From positions 68,882,001 through 68,946,000 of the forward strand of contig OZ286462.1 of the NCBI GenBank assembly GCA_965644265.1: a DNA stretch of 64,000 bases, read 5' to 3'. The notes below the pieces were generated by a model. It saw nothing but the letters and a program-made list of their open reading frames with translations. It did not search any database and had not been told where the DNA came from. Made by a program: the position numbers and the translations under genes. The stretch is from Glycera tridactyla. Taxonomy: Eukaryota. Of this stretch, positions 25,201-34,060 are shown in pieces; the first letter of the stretch is position 1, and every line of letters starts with the position of its first letter.

Positions 25201-26590
25201 ATGACTTTCTGATCACTACACCAGAACAGCCTGAATCACGTAGTGTAGTAACCCTGTGGCCATTCACTAAGCCTTTGACTACTGGCATGTCAGGCTCACT
25301 ATCACCAACTCTGGGTGACATTGTCACTGCAATTTTCAGTGTTCGACCACACTGCAAAGTGATTTCATCAGAGTCGACACAATTGCATGTCCCTGACTCA
25401 CATCTGCCTGAACAGGGTCCTGGAGCACTAGCTACACTCTCTGCACTGTCAGATACCCTATCAGTCTCAATCATGCTCATGGCCTGTTGTTTGCATCCAG
25501 CCTCATCTGACTTGTCATTCTCACAAGTCTTCCCCTGCTGAACTGCTGCAGCTCTATGCTTTAAATTATCAGGGCATTTGGGTGCTATATGTCCAATCTT
25601 CTGACATTTATAGCACCTCCTGCTGTCTTTAGACTTCTTCTTCTCACTGCCCTTCCCTCTTGCAGAGGACTTCTGCTTTGAGCTGGACTGCTTTGCTCTG
25701 CAGTCATTCTCAATATGGCCATTCTTGCCACAAAAGTTACAGTGTTTCCTGAAGCCTGTTCTATACTTGTTGGATGAGCCCTGGTCACCATTGTCATGGG
25801 CCTCCAAATAAGCCTCAGCCAACTTAGCTAACTCTGTAAGTGATTTCGGAGCCCTCTCTCTGAGGTAGGTGGCCAAGTCCTTTGAGCAAGACCCTATGTA
25901 TTGCTCTTTCACTAAGAGATCACTAAGTCCTTCATATGTTTTGTCAGCCTCAGCTAAATCCATCCAACGGTCAAGATATTTCTTGAGCCTTTCTAAAAAC
26001 TGACTAGGACTCTCGCCACTCTGGCACTTACTCTCTCTAAACTTGAGCCTAAAACCTTCCTCAGTCAGCTGATACCTTTTGAGCAGTGCCTGCTTCAACA
26101 CTGGATATTTGCCAGCCTCATCAGCACTCATCCTGGCATAGACCCCTAAGGCTTTCCCTGATAAAAGAGCACTCAAATTTACTGCCCAGTCCTCTTCAGG
26201 CCACTCCTGAGCTGTGGCAAACCTCTCAAACCTCTCTAGATATGCATCAAGGTCATCCTTGTCATCTACAAACTTGGGCAATAATGGGGGCTTAGCCTTG
26301 CGCTTGCCTTGGTCAGAGAAAGTGGTGTTATTAAGGGTCCTGTCGGCCTGCTCATACTCTAGCTTTTTGAGCTCTAACTCATGCTTCAGCTCACGTTCAC
26401 GTTCACGCTCTTCAATCTCTTTTAGCCGTAGCTGCTGGGCACGCTCTCTCTCCAAGGCTCTATCCTCACGCTCCTCATCCAATCTCTGCCTCTCTTTGGC
26501 CACAAAATCTTCAACAAAAGCTCTACGCTCATCTGGATGGATGCCTAATTTATCTGCAAACTCTAGGGCTTTCTCCATAAGCCTCTCCAT
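21947..26590 (-). CDS. Gag-Pol polyprotein (SCAN-like capsid, 2 CCHC knuckles, PR, IN, RT, RNase H), 1547 aa
   Basis: Capsid YLERFERFATAQEW..KQALLKRYQLT; knuckles CNFCGKNGHIENDC and CYKCQKIGHIAPKC; protease LRDSGCS; integrase HHCC (HESLFGGH..CRSC), DLVGP..SDLGSQF..NGLVE, WKGPF; RT IDLSKGYWQ..FGMMNS..YVDD; RNase H TDAS..ERE..TDH..ADYMSR. No stops or frameshifts. Confidence 0.97.
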   Translation of the reverse strand: MERLMEKALEFADKLGIHPDERRAFVEDFVAKERQRLDEEREDRALERERAQQLRLKEIEERERERELKHELELKKLEYEQADRTLNNTTFSDQGKRKAKPPLLPKFVDDKDDLDAYLERFERFATAQEWPEEDWAVNLSALLSGKALGVYARMSADEAGKYPVLKQALLKRYQLTEEGFRLKFRESKCQSGESPSQFLERLKKYLDRWMDLAEADKTYEGLSDLLVKEQYIGSCSKDLATYLRERAPKSLTELAKLAEAYLEAHDNGDQGSSNKYRTGFRKHCNFCGKNGHIENDCRAKQSSSKQKSSARGKGSEKKKSKDSRRCYKCQKIGHIAPKCPDNLKHRAAAVQQGKTCENDKSDEAGCKQQAMSMIETDRVSDSAESVASAPGPCSGRCESGTCNCVDSDEITLQCGRTLKIAVTMSPRVGDSEPDMPVVKGLVNGHRVTTLRDSGCSGVVIRKSLVQPEQMSGEYSICRLIDGTIRKVPLAGVYVNTPYLVGQVTAMCMDDPLYDLIIGNIPGSQPPDRPNPSWTAEEPSQNCAVMTRAQVAKAKKALSPLKVVKIDEEVEVSVDVLKDLQEKDATLDRIGTLGDVREKGQTKSWYENRCGILYRLYQSPDIDFGQARVQVVIPQDLRPQVMSLAHESLFGGHLGPGKTLDKITTSFFWPGIHGDVTQFCRSCDVCQKTIPKGKVTKTPLQRMPLMDTPFQRVAIDLVGPIAPASSSGYRYVLTLIDYATRYPEAVPLKRIDTETVAEALIGIYSRVGIPEEVLSDLGSQFVSEVMQEVSRLLSIRRLTTTPYHPQCNGLVENFNGTLKKMLKRLASEKPKDWDRYVTPLLFAYREAPQESTGFSPFELLYGRTVRGPMQILKELWTDERLSSEVKNSYQYVVELRERLEHTLNLAHENLAQAQTKYKHHYDKRARVRSLKPGDLVLVLLPVDHNKLQMQWKGPFKVEERVGLSDYRVCVKGDVKTYHINLLRQYHPHGSEMSQKVGACVMDVAAVAVIEPPDCDDYDCSVDDENLLELGNIGGTETAKDVCVNPALSNEQKEDVRRLVDDFCDIFTDNPGFTSLVEHKVETTTDKPIRSKTYPLPYTVRGQLEKEVDTMLKYGVIEKSDSPYVSPPVMVRKKDGSVRVCIDFRGLNKVTVFDPEPMSNADDIFARLHGEKYFTKIDLSKGYWQIAVRKEDIPKTAFVTPSGSYVFTRMPFGMMNSAATFNRMMRKMLGKIDNVDFYVDDILVHTKSWEDHVATLVKLFQQIRDAGFTIRPSKCEIGCRQVQFLGHTVNGDELKLHDDNVDKIRNAVRPATKKQVRSFLGLAGYYRSYIPNYATIAAPLTDLTKGGQPNRVQWEEPQERAFQTLKQMLLSKPILRLPDFSREFILRTDASNFGMGAVLLQEFDDGTFPIAYASKKLLPREQRYSTMERECLAIVWAVKKFQVYLYGRRFTLQTDHQPLVYINKCKLSNDKIMRWALFLQSYQIHIEAIKGADNVGADYMSRIQDICKQIINLLSISTSVNCQMTKSCGGHCFSKVIRFTLKQSKEQTM

Positions 26591-26687
26591 GACGCAAAGA
26601 TATGTTGTTCTCTGTCAAAAATACCCCTGCACTTCAAAAGCTACTGCAAAGAATCTGTACCAGTCTGATCAGATTGATAGGCACTGA

Positions 26688-26705
26688 ATCCCGGACGAGC
26701 CCCCA
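26688..26705 (-). promoter_or_regulatory. Primer binding site, tRNA-Pro
   Basis: TGGGGGCTCGTCCGGGAT, 3 nt after the 5' LTR; complementary to the 3' 18 nt of tRNA-Pro and the same 18-mer as the Moloney MLV PBS. Confidence 0.92.
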
Positions 26706-26708
26706 GAA

Positions 26709-27853
26709 TGTCACCGTGTTTTCTTCGCCAAATATGGTTGAATATTTGTGAAGCAGTGATGTTCGTTGTTTAGAAGAAGGGCCCAGTGCCAAACTGTCAA
26801 ACTAGTACAGACAACAAACCTCTTTGGTAACTTTCACAAAGAAAAATATATTATCCACAAAGTTACAGGGCTATTTACAAGTACACAAAGCAAGAGCAAC
26901 AATCAATGGCAAAAATAGGAGTTCACAGATCATTCATGCAGACAAACTGGATATATGGAACCTTACCAGCACTGCCTAATATATGACCTCACAGGTCTGA
27001 AACACAGCCAATTATTGTCCACCTATTGTCCTGAAACCAGGTACTCCTTGGTGAAATGCTGGCCCAGCTACGTAATCCACAGTGCAAGAATACTCTTAGT
27101 CCATATAGTCCAGAAGGATTGTCTGTTGAAGGATGCCGCGTCAACGTAAGTTTCCTCCAGGAATGACGCTCCTATCTGTCAGTAGCTCCCGACGACCGTT
27201 GTACCAGGTACTCCCAACGCACACAGCTACAGAGATCCTGATGACCAGTCACTTGAACCAAGTCACACAGACTTCCAGGGATGGCTACAGTCTTCACACA
27301 GAATGTGCTGAAGTCACACAGACTTCCGAAGATAACTGCAATCCTCACACAGAAGATGCCTGCTCACTGTGAGAATCCTTGGTAGCAGCCTTAACACACA
27401 GTACAGGCTTGAACCGTATCCACTCAACTTGCCACTACACACAGTACAGGCATAAACGGTTTCCACAAGAATTCTGACCGAACCCACTCTGGGCACCTGT
27501 ATATATAGGAGAGTTGATTTCCAGAAAGTGCTGGTCTGATACAGTACACCCTGGCATGTTACAATAGATTCCACTGCTGAGTGGAAGATTCCCATCTAGA
27601 CAGTTCTAGACTAGCATTAAGCACCATAGATTACTGCAGAAGTTTCTATCATTTCATGGAACATGACACTTCTTGGAAAAGGGGTGACAGATTGGTAGCT
27701 ACACACACTGCTGGGATGACCTAATTACCTGACTCCCCTCACATCAATACTTGGACTCATGCCAAGCTGAGAGTTGTTTACTCAATGATCATCTATACAG
27801 TACATTCATCAAATGTAAACAAAACAACAATTCATCAAGGGCACTCTGTGACA
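26709..27853 (-). repeat. 5' LTR
   Basis: Paired with 20693-21837. Candidate TATA (TATATATA, 27500-27507) lies in the putative U3. Confidence 0.97.
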
Positions 27854-27858
27854 CTTGG

Positions 27859-28350
27859 CCACAACTTCGTGCACAAGTATTTCAAGTTTAAGGTCATATC
27901 GCAAAGGTCAAAGGTCCCAGGAGCAAAAATCATACCCATGCACACCTATTCCTCATGGGTATTCCACACATTCAAATTGGCCCTTTCCGTATCAATATCT
28001 CGGCCCCAGCAGCATGTACACAAATCTTAAGTTGAAGGTCTTATCTACCAGGTCAAAGAAGCAAAATTCCTTGCCCAGTCACACCTACCCCTCATGGGTG
28101 GTCAATATGTACACATTGGCCACTGTGGCCTTAATACCTGAGCCACAGGAGCATGCAAAGAATTTCAAATTCAAGGTCACATCTCCAAGGCCAGAGGTTG
28201 CAGGGGCAGAAATCAATGCCTATGCACATCTTCACCTGATGGGCAGTCGACAGGTACAATTTCGCCACTGCGGCATTGATAACTTGGCCTCAGCTGCGTG
28301 CACAGAAATTTCAAGTCGAAGGTCATATCCCCAGTGTCAATGGTCACAGG
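27859..28350 (+). repeat. ~130-150-bp tandem array (HINE-like core), right part
   Basis: Further units at 27973, 28104 and 28258 with AAGGTCA/GGTCAAAGGTC motifs; continuous with 20540-20692 once the LTR element is removed. Confidence 0.6.
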
Positions 28351-28984
28351 CATTCCCAAATCAATTCTTTTTCTGATAGACAACACCGTATGCAATAATT
28401 ATCCGGGTGTTTGCCGAGATGAAGAGTATCTGGGTGAAATAATAATTGTTTAGGGTTATTTCTCATATTCATTGAAACCTAGTTTGAGAGACCGCTTTTG
28501 GTGACATTTAATGCGGTCTCTCGTTATGGGTTTCATTGTATTCGATGAGCATACTTCATTCACGCATCGATTTATATATATATATATAATGCTACTTATA
28601 TCAATGCACAATTTATTGAGTGGATAAGTTCATGGATGATGGCCTGTGATATGCATATTTGTATAGAGTGAAAGCTGCACCAAGAGACTGTCATAAATGC
28701 AGCTTATAAGTAGTTTTCAGTATATGGATTTTGTGCGAATTGTGACGCCAATGTATTAAGAATATCCTGACAATCTAATAACATCACAATTTAGAGTAAA
28801 TTGGCATCAAAATTTGCACAAAATGCATCTGATGGAGATCACTCAGAAGAATTTCGAAATATATAGTAAAGACAGGGGGAAAGCATATGGATTTCATATC
28901 TGATAAAAGAATAGAATCAACACTGTTTTGCTGGTTGAACGAAAGAATGCATTGAATACATTCCATGATCTTCCATCCAGGCAA

Positions 28985-29150
28985 GCTGATGTTCATCATC
29001 AAATGCTAAAACCCCTTCCAGCCTGCTCGGCACAGCTGATGCTTGGTATCTTCAAACAATATGGGAGACTGGATGCTTCACCTCCTGGGCAGAGGTCATG
29101 ATTATCCCAATAGCAAAAACAGGTAAGGATCCATTAGACCCTACACAATT
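28985..29150 (+). mobile_element. I/Nimb/Jockey-type LINE RT N-terminal fragment
   Basis: With one frameshift: ADVHHQMLKPLP..LMLGIF/QTIWETGCFTSWAEVMIIPIAKTGKDPLDP, matching the GPD.I.Y.MLK.LP..IW..G.FP..W...IIPI.KPGKD pattern. Confidence 0.6.
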
Positions 29151-30965
29151 TGCAGAGTGCATGCTAAGTTGGATATCAGAGGCTGGCTGTGTGTATGAGA
29201 GTTTGTGCTCATATACATGTATAAGAACCACTGCTGTCTCGCAAAGAGTAGTGATCGGTCCCGGCAGGGGTGCCTCTCTTCTTTCTGTCCAGTGCAGCTC
29301 AGGCAAGGTGACCATAAATGACGCCACCCATACCCATTGCATTGCATAACATCACGTCACCTCCATTTCTGCTATACGCCCATGCGATTGGCATGGGTGC
29401 AGTCAATCAAAACTATGACTTCTGGGCTTACATCAGAATAAACTATGTTTACATACACTTAAGGTGTCACTCTTGGTAGTCAAAATATTGACCATGGTGC
29501 TACTCCATGAGCATGGAATTGATTTACATGGCGTCCACTGGGTCAGTCATTCAACAAATGTGCATGTATGCACACATTCAACCCCCCCCCCCCCCTTTCC
29601 TCCACGCACACAATTGTCACATTTCAGTGTCGGAATGGTCGGAGAAGCCTGTTGGGATTCATCTACAGGGTGCTCAGGTGTCAGCTCTCAGATGACTGAT
29701 TAAAATCTTCATATTCAGTCTTGGTCCCATCAATGCAAAGCGCGTGCATTGGTGCACACAGAGGCAACAAAAAGCATTGCAAACCTTTGCTTAGCGTCTT
29801 CTCCCATAATCCTGCCCATGCCTGCAGGTCTCCTCGTGAAATGGTTTGAATTTGACACTTCATGATTGAACATAGTGGTTGAGCATTCTCCAAACCTGAT
29901 GATCGGCCTTGTTTCTGTTACCTGTTATCGGTGATTTTGCTGATGCACTGGGCAGTGTCAGGATCATCTCGTTGTATTGTGCAGTATCAAATCACAACAT
30001 ATGTTTGGTTCTGGGGAGTTCTGCTGGGTCAAAATGAGAGTGTTACAGGCAAAGTCAGGCCATGGATGCAGGTCAGGTCAGATTCAGACATTGAGATGAC
30101 CACCAGCCCAATAAAACGAGATAAAAAAAGGTTTAAAAACTTTAGTTAGTCTGCTGGTGGTTACTAGGGATCAAGCTGTCTTTGGAATACATATAGGGTG
30201 TACCATCAGCCTAACCTCAAGGCAGGGGTTATCTTCATCACTTATGAGGTCACCACCTCGAGAGATAGATCTGATACCATCCTCACTGCTGTGTGATATA
30301 TAAATCGAAGATTATCACGATAATGTACTTTATCTTGAGGGGTGCACTGCGATACGTTACAAGTTGTCACAAAAGAACTTTTGGTACAGGGCAGCAAGAA
30401 CCTTGAATCTACATATCTCACTATTTCATGATCTAGATATTTTGAACACTGAATATTTCAAAAGTATCTTGAAAAGATGAGGAAAAATGATCTAGATCAA
30501 TGATGATAGAATAATTGTATGAATACATTCTTGAATAATGATGAATGTTTGTGGACTGAAAATTGAGACGATGAAACATGGTTTTATTACCTATTAAATC
30601 AATATCATCATCATGATCATCTCATGACATTTCATTCATTTTATTCATCTCTTCATGTCATTCATTGTACGTATCCATCACATTGCTATCGTATTGTAGG
30701 CTATCATTGTTTATTCTCTCGACATCCTGAAAACGGTCTCAATAGTGGGCCAAATCTATTGTCGGATGTAAATAAACTTATTCAAACTCAGACTCAAAAA
30801 CAATTTCCCATGAAAGTTTATTCAACAGCCACATTTGATTACTTGCATGAATTGAGAATATCTAAACAAATATGACTCATACATACATGCTAATGATCTC
30901 ATGCCAACAAGGGTATCATAGGCTTGCCGTGTGTACGTGAGTCAATTCTAGTATACACACTTTTT

Positions 30966-31113
30966 GAATGATTGTGAATTTCATAAATTTTCACCTTCCT
31001 ATGCGGACCCACTAGAAGTAGTCTTGAATAGCCCCAGCAATGCCTATTGTATAGGCGTCTCAATATAGCCTATATTGCGATGACGTGACGTTCAACCAAA
31101 TCAACCAACCAAC
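30966..31113 (+). mobile_element. 170-bp SINE-like element (paralogous to 41771-41923)
   Basis: Family head and tail present. The same position in the duplicated unit upstream of copies 3 and 4 means it predates that duplication. Confidence 0.75.
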
Positions 31114-31699
31114 CTTTTGTGCACATAACAGACCCACTGCCGTCCTTTGCGAAGAGTATGGGATTACCCTTAGCTCCATTTTCAATGAGGTTATAAGGAT
31201 GTAAAATACAAATAAGCAAACAAACCCAGGTCTAATTCATCATAGTTTGTTGGTAAAACAAAACACCAGTTATCAAGGGATTTGCCGTCATTTCTTCATA
31301 TCAGTAATATCTCTCATTTGTCGGAGAGTACCTCGAATTTATTTGTTAAAAACACAGTGTTCCATCGGCTGGTACCCAAAATTGTGCCACCAATTTCCAG
31401 ATCATGAAGTCGGATGGACTGCTTCACCGGAGATGACACGAAAATGTCTCAAAATATTTATCACCGATTGGAGAACCAGGAGGATGTCTTCAATATATTA
31501 TCACCCATGTCCATCGCATAAATGCCAGATGATGATCACAGGATAAAAATGACCAATCGGACATCCAACCAGTTGATAAGTCTGACGAGCAGCACAGTCC
31601 TCCCATGACCTTGGTAATGACCTTCCTTCTACCTCTGTGAAATGTCGGATTAATGGGCAGGAAGACTATCTAGGGGGGGGGGGGGGGTCATGAGGAGGA

Positions 31700-31805
31700 C
31701 TCTCATTCAAAATTCAATAAGATAAAAGCTTTGAAAGTAGGCCGGACTCTGAACTCAGCTGATCCTATTCATCTTCAGGTCACTCATATGGTGACTGCTG
31801 TCAAG
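31700..31805 (+). other. Probable non-coding 5' exon of copy 3
   Basis: Conserved with 42436-42554 of copy 4; both end CAAG|GTAAGTC. Matching acceptors TATACAG| lie at 34020 and 44558. The 5' border is unknown. Confidence 0.5.
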
Positions 31806-31897
31806 GTAAGTCAAAACATTTCTCTCTTTGATGTTTCATTGTTCTGAACTATAAAATGTGTGGTTTCGGAGTTCGAGGTTTAGATGGATGGCAGCCA

Positions 31898-32049
31898 CCT
31901 GCAGGCTGTTTGGTTGAGCTAACAGAGAAAACGTTCGCCAAATCCCCTATCAAATATTCTCTATCTTAAGTGTGTCAACAAAGGATGGGGGACCCTATTT
32001 CCGCTACGTAACGTTAGCGATTGTTAGCTGCAACTGAACAGCCTGCAGG
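31898..32049. mobile_element. 152-bp MITE-like palindromic element
   Basis: ~27-bp imperfect TIR CCTGCAGGCTGTTTGGTTGAGCTAACA / TGTTAGCTGCAACTGAACAGCCTGCAGG; no clean TSD. Confidence 0.5.
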
Positions 32050-32366
32050 GCACCATTTGGTATATATTGAGGCCTCGATGCAATGGGTTTGGGTGTGATA
32101 ATTCAAGATCTCCTCAACCCCAACTGTGGGTGAAACTTCATAGAATCTACAGACATTAATGGTGTCATTTCTACTATCAGGAATGCCAACCACAGTGTTA
32201 CCCTGTGAACATGGGATTAATCACTTTAATTGGCTTTGACTCGGTCAGTCATTTGTGGCCACTGCGCTATGCAGTGAATAGAGGATCACTTCACTGGGCC
32301 TCAACTTAGCAGGTTATCTGGAGTAATGTTCCTGATATTCATATCTGGTTACATGTTCTAAAACGA

Positions 32367-32912
32367 ATCTACCTATTTTTTGAAATTGAGTAATCGTGCG
32401 ATCGGAGCAACCAGAATCATCTATCACACATTTTGTGTGTGCTGAAGACTCATGCAACAGCTGGTCATTTTAAACAGTGTCATTGTCATAGCAAAATAGT
32501 GCATTCATATCTGCACAATAGGGGCAAGCAACCTCGTGAAATCCATGGTGAAGTGAGTCGAATATGACTTCTTCTATTCTATCTTCGTGGAATGTTGCTC
32601 CATATCAGAGATAAGTCATGTTTTGACATATTTCCCTGATCTACCTATTTTTGAAATTGGGTAATCAAGCAATCGGAGCAACCAGAATCACTTATCACAC
32701 ATTTTTTGTGCTGAAGACCCATGCAATAGCTGGTCCTTTTAAAAAGTGTCATTGTCATTGCAAAATAGTGCATTCATATCTGCACAATAGGGGCAAGCAA
32801 CCTCGTGAAATCCATGGCGAAGTGAGTCGAATATGACTTCTTCTATTCTATCTTCGTGGAATGTTGCTCCATATCAGATATAAGTCATGTTTTGACATAT
32901 TTCCCTGATCTA
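32367..32912 (+). repeat. 272-bp tandem duplication in the copy 3 5' intron
   Basis: Units start ATCTACCTATTTTT at 32367 and 32639; single copy at ~43175-43410 in copy 4. Confidence 0.9.
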
Positions 32913-33269
32913 CTGGTACCTAGTGCTCTAGTGGGTATCTGTTGATATGCATATGAATACAATGATGACTCATGTTTCCCTCGCCACACTATGCAGTCCA
33001 GAAACTTTGATATTGATGGACTTCTGCCATAATGGATGACTTTCCTCAAGAATAATGGCACACTCTGAACTTAGTGATCATAGACGCAGATTGAAACATT
33101 GCGAAAGATCATTTAAGACATCTTCATTTCAATGTTCAAGATTACGAGATCACTAAAGCACACATTCAAGAATTATCTGCATTACAATTCTTCAGCAAAG
33201 TTGCTATATGAGAGACCCCTGAAATAGATCGTCTATAGAATTTCTTCACCACAGATCATACAATGTGGG

Positions 33270-33760
33270 CCTGGATCCCGGGTTGATGATGTCACCCCTA
33301 TCTATTTCTTAGGTTGGCAATAGTACCGCCACCTGGATCAACACGCTGTTCACAATTTTACACAGATACTGATACCTCCTCAACAAATGCATGAAATCGT
33401 CAATATTGCTGCCAATAGTCCCTCCACCTGGATCCCCTGTCGAAGACGTCACCCCATCCCTTTCTTAGGTTGCCAATAGTCCCTCCGCCTGGATCCCCTG
33501 TCGAAGACGTCCGCCCTATCCCTTTCTTAGGTTGCCAATAATCCCTCCGCCTGGATCCCCTGTCGAAGACATCACCCCTATCACTTTCTTAGGTTGCCAA
33601 TAGTCCCGCAACCTGGATCCCCTGTCGAAGACATCACCCCTATCACTTTCTTAGGTTGCCAATAGTCCCGCAACCTGGATCAACACACTGTTCACAATTT
33701 TACACAGATACTGATACCTCAACACATGCATAAAATCGTCAATATTGCTGCAATTGAGAT
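33270..33760 (+). repeat. 62-bp minisatellite with a duplicated ~80-bp flank
   Basis: CCTGGATC at 33427, 33488, 33550, 33612 and 33674, plus an earlier unit near 33270; one unit only at ~43680-43830 in copy 4. Confidence 0.9.
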
Positions 33761-34060
33761 CCAGCAGAACAAACAGAGAGAATTCCCTATCGTTTGCAGG
33801 AAAATATTTAGCCTCCCAAGCAGAATGGCATACGGAGGGACAGTTCATTATTCAATGAGGATAACCTATCATAAGGTGCCATAAGATTCCTGATCGGGTC
33901 TTCCTGAACATAGTCTTGCTTATCAATGCTCAATTTGTTGGCATGAGGATTATGATGACTGACATATGCTATTTATGCACTAATACATGAACCATGTTGT
34001 CCTCTTTCTTTTATATACAGATTGTGGCATTCAACAGGATAAAGGGTTATTGATGTAAAC

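Larger units (their letters stand above)
20693..27853 (-). mobile_element. Full-length Ty3/Gypsy LTR retrotransposon, Gmr1-like domain order
   Basis: LTRs 20693-21837 and 26709-27853 (1145 bp each, TGTCAC..GTGACA). TSD CTTGG at 20688-20692 and 27854-27858. PBS, PPT and a single gag-pol ORF present. Confidence 0.97.

Noticed and set aside
22659-26687. Antisense ORFs over gag-pol (e.g. 26214-26687, 22905-23318)
   Set aside because: Expected shadows of a long open frame; low-complexity translations.
26681-26708. tRNA-Pro-like sequence
   Set aside because: Only the 3' 18-19 nt are present, at the PBS position; not a tRNA gene.
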